DNA from: an uncultured Clostridia bacterium | GTDB lineage: Bacteria > Bacillota > Clostridia > Christensenellales > CAG-917 | Assembly: GCA_934277615.1 (NCBI GenBank) | Contig: CAKQUV010000001.1 | Span: 121,035 to 185,034, forward strand | Length of the DNA: 64,000 nucleotides | Direction: 5' to 3' | Part shown: positions 8,652-18,633 of the stretch, piece after piece | How positions within the stretch are numbered: the first letter of the stretch is position 1 | How the letters are laid out: every line of letters begins with the position of its first letter | The notes under the pieces: model-generated | Databases searched by the model: none | The model's input: only the letters and a program-made list of their open reading frames with translations | What the model was told of the DNA's origin: nothing | Made by a program: the position numbers and the translations under genes

Positions 8652-9974
8652 CTATTTGGTGCGACTTTCCTCGATTTTGGAGATTACGCGGACGACTACA
8701 TCAAGTCCAAGCCCCACCGTGTCTGGGCTGAAACGCTCGGGGACGTCACGGAAGGTGTGATAGTAGTCGGACATGACAGGGTTTTGAGCGGCAAAGGTGA
8801 TGGATTTGACGCCTGCGCGTTGGAAAGGCGTGGAATCGCAGCCGCCGACGGGATTTGCGATGTTGCCGGGCTTTTTGATGCCTGCTTCTTTCATTGCGTC
8901 GAAGAACATATTTTCCAAATCTTTGTCGAAGTGCGGGCAAAGCCAACTGTCGCCGTGGATAACCTCGAAATGCTCCGCATCGGCAACGGAGTCTATGTTG
9001 ATGTGATAGGCGTTGTCGAGCATGCCGTCGTCCTTGTGCTTGCGGGTAAATGCGATAGATCCGCGAAGACCTGACTCCTCCGCACCGACGTTGCAATCGA
9101 TAATACGGCAGTTTTTGGGCATTTTGTCGGGGTTTTCCTTGTAATACTTGACCACTTGATATGCGATGGAAACGCCCGTTGCGTTGTCCATTGCACCGGG
9201 GGAAGCAATCTCTTCCGTCTTTTCGTTATACATCGTGAGCAAGAAGGAGCAAGCAATTGCAAGCGGTGAGCCGTAAAGCGCGATTTGTGCAATTATGCTG
9301 TATGCCTGATATACGTTTAACAAAGTGCTGTAGGAAAGGTTGTCCCCGTATTGTATCATCATCGCAAGCACCGTAAGAGTGATACTGACGATTGTCGCCA
9401 CCGCAACCGCGATTGCGCCGAGGCCCAATCTCAACACGACGCCGACGAAACCGAGCTTGTATTGCGAAGCACTGAGTTTGAGCGTCCAACTCGTGTCGGT
9501 GTGTCCCGTGAGGTAAATCGTATAATCGTATTTGCCGTCTTCGGGAAGAAGCTCCGCATAAGTGTTTTGCGACACTTTGTGTTTGAAACACCAGTCAAAG
9601 CAAGTGTGATATTTGAACACGCTGACGAAAAGCCAAATCCACACGCAAATCATAAACATCGTGCAAACGAAGTGCATTGCGAGCGCGCCGTACATCGAGT
9701 TTGAAAACGATGACAAAATCGTTGCGATAAGCGTAAGCACGCAACCGATAATGCCCGCCCAACCTGCGTACGGAAGTCCGCCGATAGACGCGTGTGGCGC
9801 AAACACAAAGCTTTCGGTTACAGGATTGAGCCCGATTTCTTTGAGTTTGCCCGACATATAGTCGTGGTATTTTTTCTCGTTTTGAGAACCGGGAAGGCGC
9901 GGACCGATTTCATTGGCGGCATATTCCACCATTTCATACGCTTCGTCGCCGTACTTTTTGAGTTCTTCTCTCAT
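8652..9974 (-). CDS. Membrane-embedded M28-family metallopeptidase
   Basis: M28 metal-ligand motifs are GHTDTSW, MDNATGVS, GAEESGLRGS and YHTFRD. Five or six hydrophobic helices are inserted between the N-terminal lobe and the catalytic core. It is a paralog of 41949..43178. Confidence 0.75.
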   Translation of the reverse strand: MREELKKYGDEAYEMVEYAANEIGPRLPGSQNEKKYHDYMSGKLKEIGLNPVTESFVFAPHASIGGLPYAGWAGIIGCVLTLIATILSSFSNSMYGALAMHFVCTMFMICVWIWLFVSVFKYHTCFDWCFKHKVSQNTYAELLPEDGKYDYTIYLTGHTDTSWTLKLSASQYKLGFVGVVLRLGLGAIAVAVATIVSITLTVLAMMIQYGDNLSYSTLLNVYQAYSIIAQIALYGSPLAIACSFLLTMYNEKTEEIASPGAMDNATGVSIAYQVVKYYKENPDKMPKNCRIIDCNVGAEESGLRGSIAFTRKHKDDGMLDNAYHINIDSVADAEHFEVIHGDSWLCPHFDKDLENMFFDAMKEAGIKKPGNIANPVGGCDSTPFQRAGVKSITFAAQNPVMSDYYHTFRDVPERFSPDTVGLGLDVVVRVISKIEESRTK

Positions 9975-10046
9975 AATTTCCTCTCTATCTTTTATTTGTT
10001 ATAAAATGCGAGCGCAAAATTATGCGCCCGCACACTAAAACCTACG

Positions 10047-11330
10047 TTATTTGGTGATTTTTTCCATACCGCCCATGTACTTGCGGAGCACTTCGGGGAT
10101 GGTTACGCTGCCGTCGGCGTTTTGGAACTGTTCGACGATTGCAGGGATAAGGCGCGACGTTGCAAGTCCGCTGCCGTTGAGAGTGTGCACGTATTGAGGT
10201 TTGCCCGTCTTTGAATCGCGATAACGAGTGTTGTTGCGACGTGCCTGATAATCGTTGGCGTTGGAAACGGAAGAGCATTCTTTATAAATGCCCATGGACG
10301 GAATCCAAAGCTCGACGTCGTACGTTCTTGCCATAGAAGCGGAGCAATCGCCTGCGGCAAGTTTGCTGACTCTGAAATGCAAGCCCAGTTGCTCGACAAG
10401 GCGAGAAGCTTTTTCGACAAGCTCTTCAAAAGCCTCTTTGCTGTGCTCGGGATGAGCGTATTGCACCATTTCGATTTTGTTGAATTGGTGTCCTCTTATC
10501 ATGCCTCTCTCTTCCGCTCTTGCGCTGCCTGCTTCTTTTCTGAAGCACGGCGAGTATGCAAAGAACTTCATCGGGAGTTTGCTCTCGTCAATGATTTCGC
10601 CGGCGTACATATTGACAAGCGCGGTTTCTGCGGTCGGGAGCATAAAGCGGTTGCGCTTTCTGTCTTCGTCGCAATCGAGCCAATACACTTCGTCGCTGAA
10701 TTTGGGGAATTGACCTGCGCCGAATCCGCAATTGTAGCCGAGTTGGTAAGGCGGAAGGATAAATTCGTAACCGTCTTTAAGATGTTCGTCGACAAAGTAG
10801 TTGAGCAAAGCCCATTCCAAACGTGCGCCAACGCCTCTGTAAATCCAAAAACCGTTGCCTGAGAGTTTTACGCCTCTTTCGTAGTCTATCATGCCGAGAT
10901 CGGTGCAGATATCCACGTGGTTTTTTAGCGGAAAATCGAATTTGGGTTGTTCGCCGACGATTTTGATGACCTTGTTGTTTTCCTTTTCGCCGGGGAGCAA
11001 ATCCTCGTCGGGGATGTTGGGCATGCATGCGAGCGCGTCGTTGATTTTTGCGATAAGCTCGTTGATTTTTGCGTCGCCTGCGGCAATCTCGTCGCCGAGT
11101 TTTCTCATCTCGTCAAAGATAGGCTCAACGGGTTGTCCTGCCTTTTTGAGAACGGGGATTTGCGCGGAAACTTTGTTCTTTTGCGCTTTGAGTTGCTCGA
11201 TTTGCGTGATTGTGGCTTTTCTTTCGTCATCCCACTTAATCACGTCGGTAAAGTCCGCTTTATATCCTTTTTTTGCAAGTGCGTCAACGACTTCTTGCGG
11301 GTTGTTTCTGATTCTGATAAGGTCTAACAT
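10047..11330 (-). CDS. serS: Serine--tRNA ligase
   Basis: It has an N-terminal coiled-coil arm and class II motifs (FRKEAGSARAEERGMIRGHQF, TLNGSGLATSR). Length is 427 aa. Confidence 0.95.
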   Translation of the reverse strand: MLDLIRIRNNPQEVVDALAKKGYKADFTDVIKWDDERKATITQIEQLKAQKNKVSAQIPVLKKAGQPVEPIFDEMRKLGDEIAAGDAKINELIAKINDALACMPNIPDEDLLPGEKENNKVIKIVGEQPKFDFPLKNHVDICTDLGMIDYERGVKLSGNGFWIYRGVGARLEWALLNYFVDEHLKDGYEFILPPYQLGYNCGFGAGQFPKFSDEVYWLDCDEDRKRNRFMLPTAETALVNMYAGEIIDESKLPMKFFAYSPCFRKEAGSARAEERGMIRGHQFNKIEMVQYAHPEHSKEAFEELVEKASRLVEQLGLHFRVSKLAAGDCSASMARTYDVELWIPSMGIYKECSSVSNANDYQARRNNTRYRDSKTGKPQYVHTLNGSGLATSRLIPAIVEQFQNADGSVTIPEVLRKYMGGMEKITK

Positions 11331-11376
11331 ATATCCCTCTAAATGATTTTATTGTCTATTTTTGTGCGCTATGCGC

Positions 11377-13797
11377 TTATGCTATGATGTTTACGAGCCT
11401 GCCCGGCACCACGATAATTTTCTTGGGTGCACCGCTAAGTTGATCCTTGACTGTTTCGAGCGCTGCTTTTTCGATTTCTTCCTTGCTCGCGCCGTTTGCG
11501 ACAACCACTCTGCCGCGGAGTTTGGAATTGATTTGTACCGCAAGTTCCACCTCGTCGAGCACCATTGCGGACGGATCGAATTTGGGATACGCTTGATTGA
11601 ACACGCTGTACTCTTGTCCGAGCATCTCCCAAAGCTCCTCTGCAAAGTGCGGAGCGAACGGAGCAAGCAACAACACAAGGTCTTTTGCACAGTCCTTGTA
11701 AAACGCGTTCTTCTTGTCAACCGCGCTTTCGTATGCGTAGATTGCGTTGACAAATTCCATAAGACGAGCAACCGCCGTGTTGAACGAGAAAATACCGAGG
11801 TCGTTGGTTACGCACTTGATTGTGTTGTGTCGCACGCGATTGAGCTCCTTTTCCGCCTTTCCGAGCGGTTTTTCCTCAAAATTGACCTCATAACATTTCT
11901 TTACGATGCGCTCCACTCTATCAAAGAAACGATTGATGGAATCTAGACCGTTCTCGTTCCACGGGCCGCCCTCGATATAGTTGAATCCGAACATGAGATA
12001 CACTCTGAATATATCTGCTCCGAATTTTGAAATGCTGTCATCGGGAGATACAACGTTGCCGCGAGATTTGGACATTTTGTTGCCGTCCGGACCCAGAATT
12101 GTGCCTTGGTGAACGAGCGACAAGAACGGTTCGTCAAAGTCGAGATATCCCATATCTCTCAACGCCTTGGTGAAGAAACGCGCGTACAATAGGTGCATGC
12201 AAGCGTGTTCCGCGCCGCCGATGTACTTGTCTACGGGGAGCATCTTGTTTATCCACTCGCTGTCAAACGGCTTATCCGCATTGTGTGCGTCGGGGTATCT
12301 CAAGAAATACCAACTCGAGCATACGAACGTATCGAGCGTATCCGCGTCGCGTTTTGCAGGACGACCGCAAATCGGGCAAACGGTATCTTCAAATTCTTTG
12401 CACTTTTTGAGCGGTGATTCGCCGTCCGGCGTAAAGTTGACGTTGTGCGGAAGAAGTACGGGCAAATCCTTTTCGGGAACGGGCACGTCGCCGCAATGGT
12501 CGCAATGGATAATGGGGATAGGCGCGCCCCAGTAGCGTTGACGGCTTACAAGCCAGTCGCGCAAACGATAGTTGGTCTTTAAACCGCCCTTGCCCATGCT
12601 TTCGAGCTTTTTGAGGATTGCGAGCTTGCCTTCTTCGCTGGTCATACCGTCAAATTCGCCGCTGTTGCAGAGAATGCCGTATTCGCAGAAAGGCAATTCG
12701 TCGTTTTGTCCGTCCTTGCCTTTTATGACTCTCTCTACGGGCAATCCGAGTTTTTGGGCAAACACAAAGTCGCGCTCGTCGTGAGCCGCAACGCCCATAA
12801 CCGCACCCGTGCCGTAGCTTGCGATAACGTAGTCGGCAACCAAAATGGGCACTTCTCTGCCGTTGATGGGGTTGATTGCATAGGAGCCCGTAAGCACGCC
12901 CGTCTTTTCTCTCGTTGAGGACAAGCGGTCTATTTCCGTCGCCATTGCGCTCTTTTCTCTGTATGCCTCGACAGCCTCTTTCTGCTCGGGAGTTACAACA
13001 AGGTCGACAAGCGGGCTTTCGGGAGCAAGAACGACGTAGCTTACGCCGAAAATCGTATCCGCTCTTGTGGTGAACACTTTGAAAGTAACGTCTTTGCCTT
13101 TGACCGCAAATTCGATTTCGCCGCCGTAACTTCTGCCAATCCAGTTCTTTTGCATAAGTTTGGTCTTTTCAGGCCAATCGAGCTTGTCAAGACCGTCAAG
13201 CAATTCGTCCGCATAAGCGGTTATCTTGAAAAACCATTGATTGAGATTCTTGTGCGTAACCTGGCTTCCGCATCTTTCGCAAATGCCGCCTTGCGCCTGT
13301 TCGTTGGCAAGCACGGTGTTGCAGGACGGGCACCAATTGACGGGAGCCTCTTTGCGATATGCCAAGCCCTTTTTGTAGAGCTGCAAAAACATCCATTGCG
13401 TCCACTTGTAGTAATCGGGCATACATGTTTTGATTTCGTAATCCCAATCGTACATTGCGCCGATGCGTTTGAGCTGATTCTCCATCGTTTCGATGTTTTT
13501 GAGAGTGCTTTCTTGGGGGTGAATACCCGTCTTTATGGCGTAGTTTTCCGCAGGCAAACCAAATGCGTCAAAGCCCATCGGCTGAAACACCTCGTAACCT
13601 TGCATTCTCTTGAAGCGCGCAAACGTGTCTGCAGGACCGTAATTGTACCAATGCCCGGCATGAAGTTTTGCGCCCGAGGGATAAGAAAACATTTCAAGAC
13701 AATAATATTTCTTATCGACTTTGGAGCGGTCGAACTTATAAAGCCCCGTTTCCGCCCACTTCTTTTGCCATTTTGCTTCAATTTGCTTATAGTCCAT
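11377..13797 (-). CDS. leuS: Leucine--tRNA ligase
   Basis: Motifs are [14 protein letters not shown] (HIGH-type), KMSKSRGN, the CP1 editing domain and the zinc motif CPSC...CERCG. Length is 806 aa. Confidence 0.95.
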   Translation of the reverse strand: MDYKQIEAKWQKKWAETGLYKFDRSKVDKKYYCLEMFSYPSGAKLHAGHWYNYGPADTFARFKRMQGYEVFQPMGFDAFGLPAENYAIKTGIHPQESTLKNIETMENQLKRIGAMYDWDYEIKTCMPDYYKWTQWMFLQLYKKGLAYRKEAPVNWCPSCNTVLANEQAQGGICERCGSQVTHKNLNQWFFKITAYADELLDGLDKLDWPEKTKLMQKNWIGRSYGGEIEFAVKGKDVTFKVFTTRADTIFGVSYVVLAPESPLVDLVVTPEQKEAVEAYREKSAMATEIDRLSSTREKTGVLTGSYAINPINGREVPILVADYVIASYGTGAVMGVAAHDERDFVFAQKLGLPVERVIKGKDGQNDELPFCEYGILCNSGEFDGMTSEEGKLAILKKLESMGKGGLKTNYRLRDWLVSRQRYWGAPIPIIHCDHCGDVPVPEKDLPVLLPHNVNFTPDGESPLKKCKEFEDTVCPICGRPAKRDADTLDTFVCSSWYFLRYPDAHNADKPFDSEWINKMLPVDKYIGGAEHACMHLLYARFFTKALRDMGYLDFDEPFLSLVHQGTILGPDGNKMSKSRGNVVSPDDSISKFGADIFRVYLMFGFNYIEGGPWNENGLDSINRFFDRVERIVKKCYEVNFEEKPLGKAEKELNRVRHNTIKCVTNDLGIFSFNTAVARLMEFVNAIYAYESAVDKKNAFYKDCAKDLVLLLAPFAPHFAEELWEMLGQEYSVFNQAYPKFDPSAMVLDEVELAVQINSKLRGRVVVANGASKEEIEKAALETVKDQLSGAPKKIIVVPGRLVNIIA

Positions 13798-13963
13798 AAA
13801 CTTTAAGCACTCCTATACTCTAAAAATAATAATATTTAGTTTAATACCTAAATACCGCTGTTGTCAAGTAGTAAGAGAAAGCGTGTGGCGTGTGCAAGTG
13901 TGGTATTGATTTTAACCAGCAAAAGTGTTAAAATAAATTTTAGTTAAAATATAGGGGTATGTT

Positions 13964-15397
13964 GTGAAAAAAGTTGGTTTTGCGCTTTTGGCGGTTATAT
14001 TGGCGTTTTGCACTCTTGCGCTTTGCGCATGCAACGATGACGCGGACAGAGGCAACGGATACGTGCAGACGCAAGGCGTAAAAATCGTTGACGGCAACGG
14101 CAAGGCGATAGGTCTTTACGGTACGAACCTCGGCGGTTGGCTGGTGCAAGAGAGTTGGCTTGTTCCCACCGACATCGGCAAAGAGTACGGGCAAATCGAT
14201 ATGATGCTCTCGCTTGCAAACAGATTCGAGCTTGACGGCATGAACCGCCTTCTCGACGTGTATATGGACAACTGGGTTACGGAGGCGGATTTTGAAAGCA
14301 TCGCAAAACTCGGTTTCAACTGCGTGCGCATTCCCTTCACATACCTCAATCTAACCGACGCCGTAATGTTCGACGCAAGCGCAAACGAGTACGTGCGCAC
14401 TCCTTTTAAGGATTTGCAAATTCGGGAAAGCGGCTTCGCACGCCTCGATTGGGCGCTTCAGATGTGCCAAAAGTACGGTCTTTACGCCATACTTGACATG
14501 CACGGCGCGGTAGGCTCTCAAAGCGGCAACGACCATACCGGCGATATCGCTTACCCAAACGGCGGACTGCTTTGGAAAAACGACGAAACGGGCGAAATCT
14601 GCCGTCAGAAAAACAAAGAAATCTGGGTTGCGATTGCCGAAAGATACAAGGACAACAAGACGGTTGCGATGTACGACCTTCTCAACGAGCCGGGCATAAA
14701 AACGACTTTCGGACAATTGACGAGCAGCAAAACGGCGGATTATCACGACGAACTTTACAAGGCAATCCGCGAAGTCGATTCCAAGCACGTGATTTGCATG
14801 GAATCCTGCTGGTCGGCAATCAATATCCCCAACCCCTCGGAATACGGCTGGACCAACGTCGTATACGAATATCATCACTACAATTGGGCGAGCAACGGCA
14901 TATCCAACGACGTGTATTACGCAAACCTTGTCAACGACAACAATTCCGCAAAAGATTATAACGTGCCGATTTTGATTGGCGAATTCAACGTTTGGGGCGA
15001 TTCCCACAGCGACAAAGCAAACAAATGGGGCTCATCCCGCACTTCCACTCAAACGGACGAAGAGGCTTGGAACGGCGCAATGGAACTTTATTGCGACCTC
15101 GGCTGGAACTTCACCACGTGGAACTTCAAACATGCCGCCGAGCACTCCTCTTGGGGCGTCTTCAACTACAAAAAAGACGTCGTGGATATGGACAAACAAG
15201 CCAACTACCTCACCATGACGGAAGAAGAAATCGCAACGATTTGGGCAAGACACAACTCGAAAAACTACACCGTAAACCAAACGCTCGTCGATTGTATTAT
15301 TCCGCATATCGCGCATTTCAACGTGAACGGCAACGACACGAGAAGCACGGACGAGCTTGACAAAGACTATTACATTCTCCGTCAAAACTACACTTGA
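13964..15397 (+). CDS. Glycoside hydrolase family 5 lipoprotein (cellulase/glucanase-like)
   Basis: GTG start. The signal peptide ends in LALCAC. The acid/base motif is LLNEPG and the nucleophile motif is IGEFN. GxNLGGWLVQE is typical of GH5. Confidence 0.8.
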   Translation: MKKVGFALLAVILAFCTLALCACNDDADRGNGYVQTQGVKIVDGNGKAIGLYGTNLGGWLVQESWLVPTDIGKEYGQIDMMLSLANRFELDGMNRLLDVYMDNWVTEADFESIAKLGFNCVRIPFTYLNLTDAVMFDASANEYVRTPFKDLQIRESGFARLDWALQMCQKYGLYAILDMHGAVGSQSGNDHTGDIAYPNGGLLWKNDETGEICRQKNKEIWVAIAERYKDNKTVAMYDLLNEPGIKTTFGQLTSSKTADYHDELYKAIREVDSKHVICMESCWSAINIPNPSEYGWTNVVYEYHHYNWASNGISNDVYYANLVNDNNSAKDYNVPILIGEFNVWGDSHSDKANKWGSSRTSTQTDEEAWNGAMELYCDLGWNFTTWNFKHAAEHSSWGVFNYKKDVVDMDKQANYLTMTEEEIATIWARHNSKNYTVNQTLVDCIIPHIAHFNVNGNDTRSTDELDKDYYILRQNYT

Positions 15398-15487
15398 ACA
15401 AAATAGTACCGCTACAATAAACCGCTAAGTGTGGACACAAGGCTCGCTTTGTGCTACAATAATTCAATCAAAACAGGAAGAGGCATT

Positions 15488-16099
15488 ATGTTTGTTTCAT
15501 TCGAAGGTTGCGAAGGCGTAGGAAAATCCACGCAACTCAAACTACTCAAAAACTATCTCGACTCCACTTCTCAGGAGGCGGTTTACGTTCGCGAGCCGGG
15601 AAGCACGGACATCAGCGAGCAAATCCGCAAAGTCATTCTCAATCCGCAAAATACCGCTATGACGGACGTTACGGAGGCATATCTTTATGCCTCGAGCCGC
15701 GCGCAACTCGTGCGTGAAGTCATCAAGCCCGCACTCGCAGAAGGCAAGCTTGTGATATGCGACAGATACGTGGACAGTTCGGTTGCGTATCAGGGCTACG
15801 GAAGAGGTATGGGCGCGGATAAAATCTGGCAAATAAACGCCAATGCTATCGACGGTTGTTTGCCCGATATCACCGTTTTCCTCGACTTGAAACCGAGCGA
15901 ATCCTGGCGCACTTTCAGAATGCCCGACGACAGATTGGAACAAGAATCCAACGAGTTTTTTGACAAGGTATATGAGGGCTTTGATAACGAAATCAAGCGT
16001 TCAAACGGTCGTTTTGTGCGTATAAAACCCGATTTCGATAAAAACGTAACCTCTCAGAAGATAATTCAGGCATTGAGAGAAAGAGGTGCGATAAAGTGA
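15488..16099 (+). CDS. tmk: dTMP (thymidylate) kinase
   Basis: The P-loop is FVSFEGCEGVGKST and the DRY motif is CDRYVDSS. The start was taken at the ATG at 15488. Confidence 0.9.
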   Translation: MFVSFEGCEGVGKSTQLKLLKNYLDSTSQEAVYVREPGSTDISEQIRKVILNPQNTAMTDVTEAYLYASSRAQLVREVIKPALAEGKLVICDRYVDSSVAYQGYGRGMGADKIWQINANAIDGCLPDITVFLDLKPSESWRTFRMPDDRLEQESNEFFDKVYEGFDNEIKRSNGRFVRIKPDFDKNVTSQKIIQALRERGAIK

Positions 16100-17070
16100 A
16101 CGAAATCACCTTTGAAAAATCTTTGCGTGCGTCAAAAGCGTTTTCGCTGATAAGCAGCGATTTAAAGACGGGGCTTGGCCACGCCTATATGGTCGTATCC
16201 CCCGACGACGAAATCGTGGACGAGCTTTTTATGCTTACGGCGGCGAGCGTATATTGCGTATCGCACGAGGCTTGCCTCGATTGCGCAGAGTGCAAAAAGG
16301 TGCTTCACAACAACCAGCCCGACATCTATCACCTCTACCCCGTAAAAGACAAAATCAAGGTTGAGGACATCGAAGGGCTTTTGGACACGGTATCTGTCAA
16401 ATCGCTTTCGGGGCGCAAACTTTATTTTATCCACAGAGCAGATTTGATGAACGTACAAGCGCAAAACAAACTTCTCAAAACGCTTGAGGAGCCGCCGTCG
16501 GACGTAACCATTTTTCTCGGCGTCGCCAACGAGGCAGGCATGCTCGACACCATAAAGTCGCGCACGAGAGAGATTTACGTCGATATATTTGACGAGGACG
16601 TCGTGTATGAGGCGATGCTTGCGCTGGGGCTTGACAAAGAAATGAGCGCTATTGCCGCCGCCTGCAGCGAGGGGCAGCTGGGCAAGGCTCGCAAAATAGC
16701 CACTTCTCCAAAATACGCCGATTTATACAAGAGCGCGCTTTACGTCCTCAATAACCTTTCGCGCAGCAGCGACGTAGTGAAGGTGGACGGGCTTATCGCA
16801 ACGCAAGAGGACATACAAGGATTTTTGGACGTTCTCTCCATTATTTTGCGCGATATGCTCGTAAGCAAACAAAACGAAAAAATGATGTTGTCCAAACACG
16901 TAAGCGAGGACATAATAAATTTGAGCAGCCGATACAGCGAGCGCGCCATTGCGGAGATTATCCTCAAAATCAACGCCGTGCGCAAGAAACTTGCTCTCAA
17001 CGTCAGCGCAATCGCGACGATTGACGACTTGCTCTTCTCTATATTGGAGGTCAGACACAAATGGCAGTAA
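16096..17070 (+). CDS. holB: DNA polymerase III delta-prime subunit
   Basis: A 4-nt overlap with tmk matches the conserved tmk-holB order. It has a degenerate AAA+ region, the Cys cluster CxxCxxC and LLKTLEEPP. Confidence 0.8.
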   Translation: MNEITFEKSLRASKAFSLISSDLKTGLGHAYMVVSPDDEIVDELFMLTAASVYCVSHEACLDCAECKKVLHNNQPDIYHLYPVKDKIKVEDIEGLLDTVSVKSLSGRKLYFIHRADLMNVQAQNKLLKTLEEPPSDVTIFLGVANEAGMLDTIKSRTREIYVDIFDEDVVYEAMLALGLDKEMSAIAAACSEGQLGKARKIATSPKYADLYKSALYVLNNLSRSSDVVKVDGLIATQEDIQGFLDVLSIILRDMLVSKQNEKMMLSKHVSEDIINLSSRYSERAIAEIILKINAVRKKLALNVSAIATIDDLLFSILEVRHKWQ

Positions 17071-17915
17071 TTGTCGGAATAAAATTCAAAAACACCAACA
17101 AAGTGTATTACTTCGATCCCAAGGGTATCGAATTCAGCGAAGGCGACGGCGTGATTGTGGAAACGGCGCGCGGTTTGGAATACGCCACTTGCACCATTCC
17201 CAACAAGGACATGGACGAAAAAGAAATCGTGCAACCCTTGAAACCCGTCGTGCGCAAAGCCACCCCCGAAGACGTCAAAAAGGTGGAGAAAAACAGGCAA
17301 GACAAAGAGCACGCACTCAAAGTCATACGTGAAAAAGTTGCGGAAATGAACATCGATATGAAGCTCGTCGACGCCGAATACACCTTTGACCGCTCCAAAC
17401 TCATCTTCTACTTCACCGCAGAAGGCAGAGTGGATTTCAGAGAACTCGTGCGCGTGCTTGCGTCCATATTCAAAGTGCGTATAGAACTCCGCCAAATTTA
17501 CGAGCGCGACGACACTAAAATGCGCGGCGCGCTTGCTCCTTGCGGCCGCCCCTGCTGCTGCACCACCCACTTGCCGGACTTTGAAAAAGTGTCCATAAAA
17601 ATGGCAAAAGTGCAAGGCTTGAGCCTCAATCCGCAAAAAATCAGCGGCGTTTGCGGCCGACTTATGTGCTGCTTGAAGTACGAAAACGCCTATTACAGCG
17701 AAGTGTACAAACTTATGCCCAAAGTCGGCAGCAAGGTCAAAACTCCCGACGGCGAAGGCACGGTTGAATCCAACGACCTCATAAAGCAAACCGCCCGAGT
17801 GAAAGTTATGCTCAAAGACGGCAGTTTCGATGTCAAAACCTACGCCCTCGGCGATATGAAAATCAGCGAACGCCAATCCACGGCAGAGATTGACGCCCTT
17901 CCCGACCACGAATAA
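17061..17915 (+). CDS. ricT: PSP1-domain protein YaaT/RicT
   Basis: Conserved holB-yaaT synteny. It has the PSP1 C-terminal domain and the Cys cluster CGRPCCC...CGRLMCCL. Confidence 0.85.
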   Translation: MAVIVGIKFKNTNKVYYFDPKGIEFSEGDGVIVETARGLEYATCTIPNKDMDEKEIVQPLKPVVRKATPEDVKKVEKNRQDKEHALKVIREKVAEMNIDMKLVDAEYTFDRSKLIFYFTAEGRVDFRELVRVLASIFKVRIELRQIYERDDTKMRGALAPCGRPCCCTTHLPDFEKVSIKMAKVQGLSLNPQKISGVCGRLMCCLKYENAYYSEVYKLMPKVGSKVKTPDGEGTVESNDLIKQTARVKVMLKDGSFDVKTYALGDMKISERQSTAEIDALPDHE

Positions 17916-17987
17916 AACGGCGCGAGAAAGCGAATAACTTCGGCAGAGCCGTCCGATTGTAACGGCATACAAATAAAACCATCGCTT

Positions 17988-18188
17988 ATGATATGTGCTG
18001 AACGAATAAAAGAGTTGAGGCAAGAGAAAAACCTTTCACAAAGTGTGCTTGCTCAAAAAATCGGCGTAAGTCAAAAGGCTATTGACTACTGGGAGCGTGG
18101 CATCAACGAACCCAAGGCGACCTATATCGTTCGTTTGGCAGACTTTTTTGACGTATCGACGGATTATTTGCTTGGTAGAGAAAATTAA
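17988..18188 (+). CDS. XRE-family HTH regulator (66 aa)
   Basis: LSQSVLAQKIGVSQKAIDYWERGINEPKATYIVRLADFFDVSTDYLLGR. Confidence 0.75.
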   Translation: MICAERIKELRQEKNLSQSVLAQKIGVSQKAIDYWERGINEPKATYIVRLADFFDVSTDYLLGREN

Positions 18189-18263
18189 AAACCTCTTATA
18201 TTTAGCGCGTTTGCAAAACTTCGATATTTAAGCCCCTTGAACAACAATCCTAATTCCCTCTAT

Positions 18264-18390
18264 AAAAAACGCGATAAACAGATGAAGAACAAGAAAGGAC
18301 TGTTCGCACGGCAACCCTAATTTACTTTGCGTAAATGAGTTGACGGGCGGACAGTCCTGCCGAAGTTGTTCGCTGTTTAGCGCGTTTTTT
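18264..18390 (-). other. Conserved ~125-nt compound hairpin element (copy 1), terminator-like
   Basis: It starts 2 nt after the stop of the small ORF. A 17/18-bp basal stem is flanked by an A-run and a T-run. The internal blocks cgaacaacttcggcag and ctttcttgttcttcat are shared with 28921-29044. Confidence 0.45.
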
Positions 18391-18392
18391 GC

Positions 18393-18524
18393 TTACTTGC
18401 AGTCTTTGCAGTCGGAAACGCCCTTCTTCGCACGAGATTTCGTCGTCTTCTCTACTTTCGGTTCGCCGCAATGGCAGCCTTCGGATTTCTTGGTTTGTTT
18501 GCCGGTTGAATTTGTTTTTGCCAT
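18393..18524 (-). CDS. Unannotated 43-aa lysine-rich CxC...CxxC peptide
   Basis: It is below the ORF-track cutoff. Hand translation gives MAKTNSTGKQTKKSEGCHCGEPKVEKTTKSRAKKGVSDCKDCK. A strong RBS aaggag lies 6 nt before the ATG, and a hairpin element follows. Confidence 0.5.
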   Translation of the reverse strand: MAKTNSTGKQTKKSEGCHCGEPKVEKTTKSRAKKGVSDCKDCK

Positions 18525-18633
18525 AAATATCTCCTTTTATTTTGAGGCGTTGTGCCTCGGGTTATCCGTTTGAGCGGATTTGATTATAGTATGGTGAAAA
18601 GCGTGTGTTTATATACCTTGCGCAATCAAAAAA

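Noticed and set aside
13798-13963. T-box leaders upstream of leuS, serS and gltX
   Set aside because: The leuS upstream region is only ~165 nt, is shared with a divergent gene, and contains no T-box consensus sequence. serS and gltX have essentially no leader space, at 46 nt and an overlapping gene respectively.
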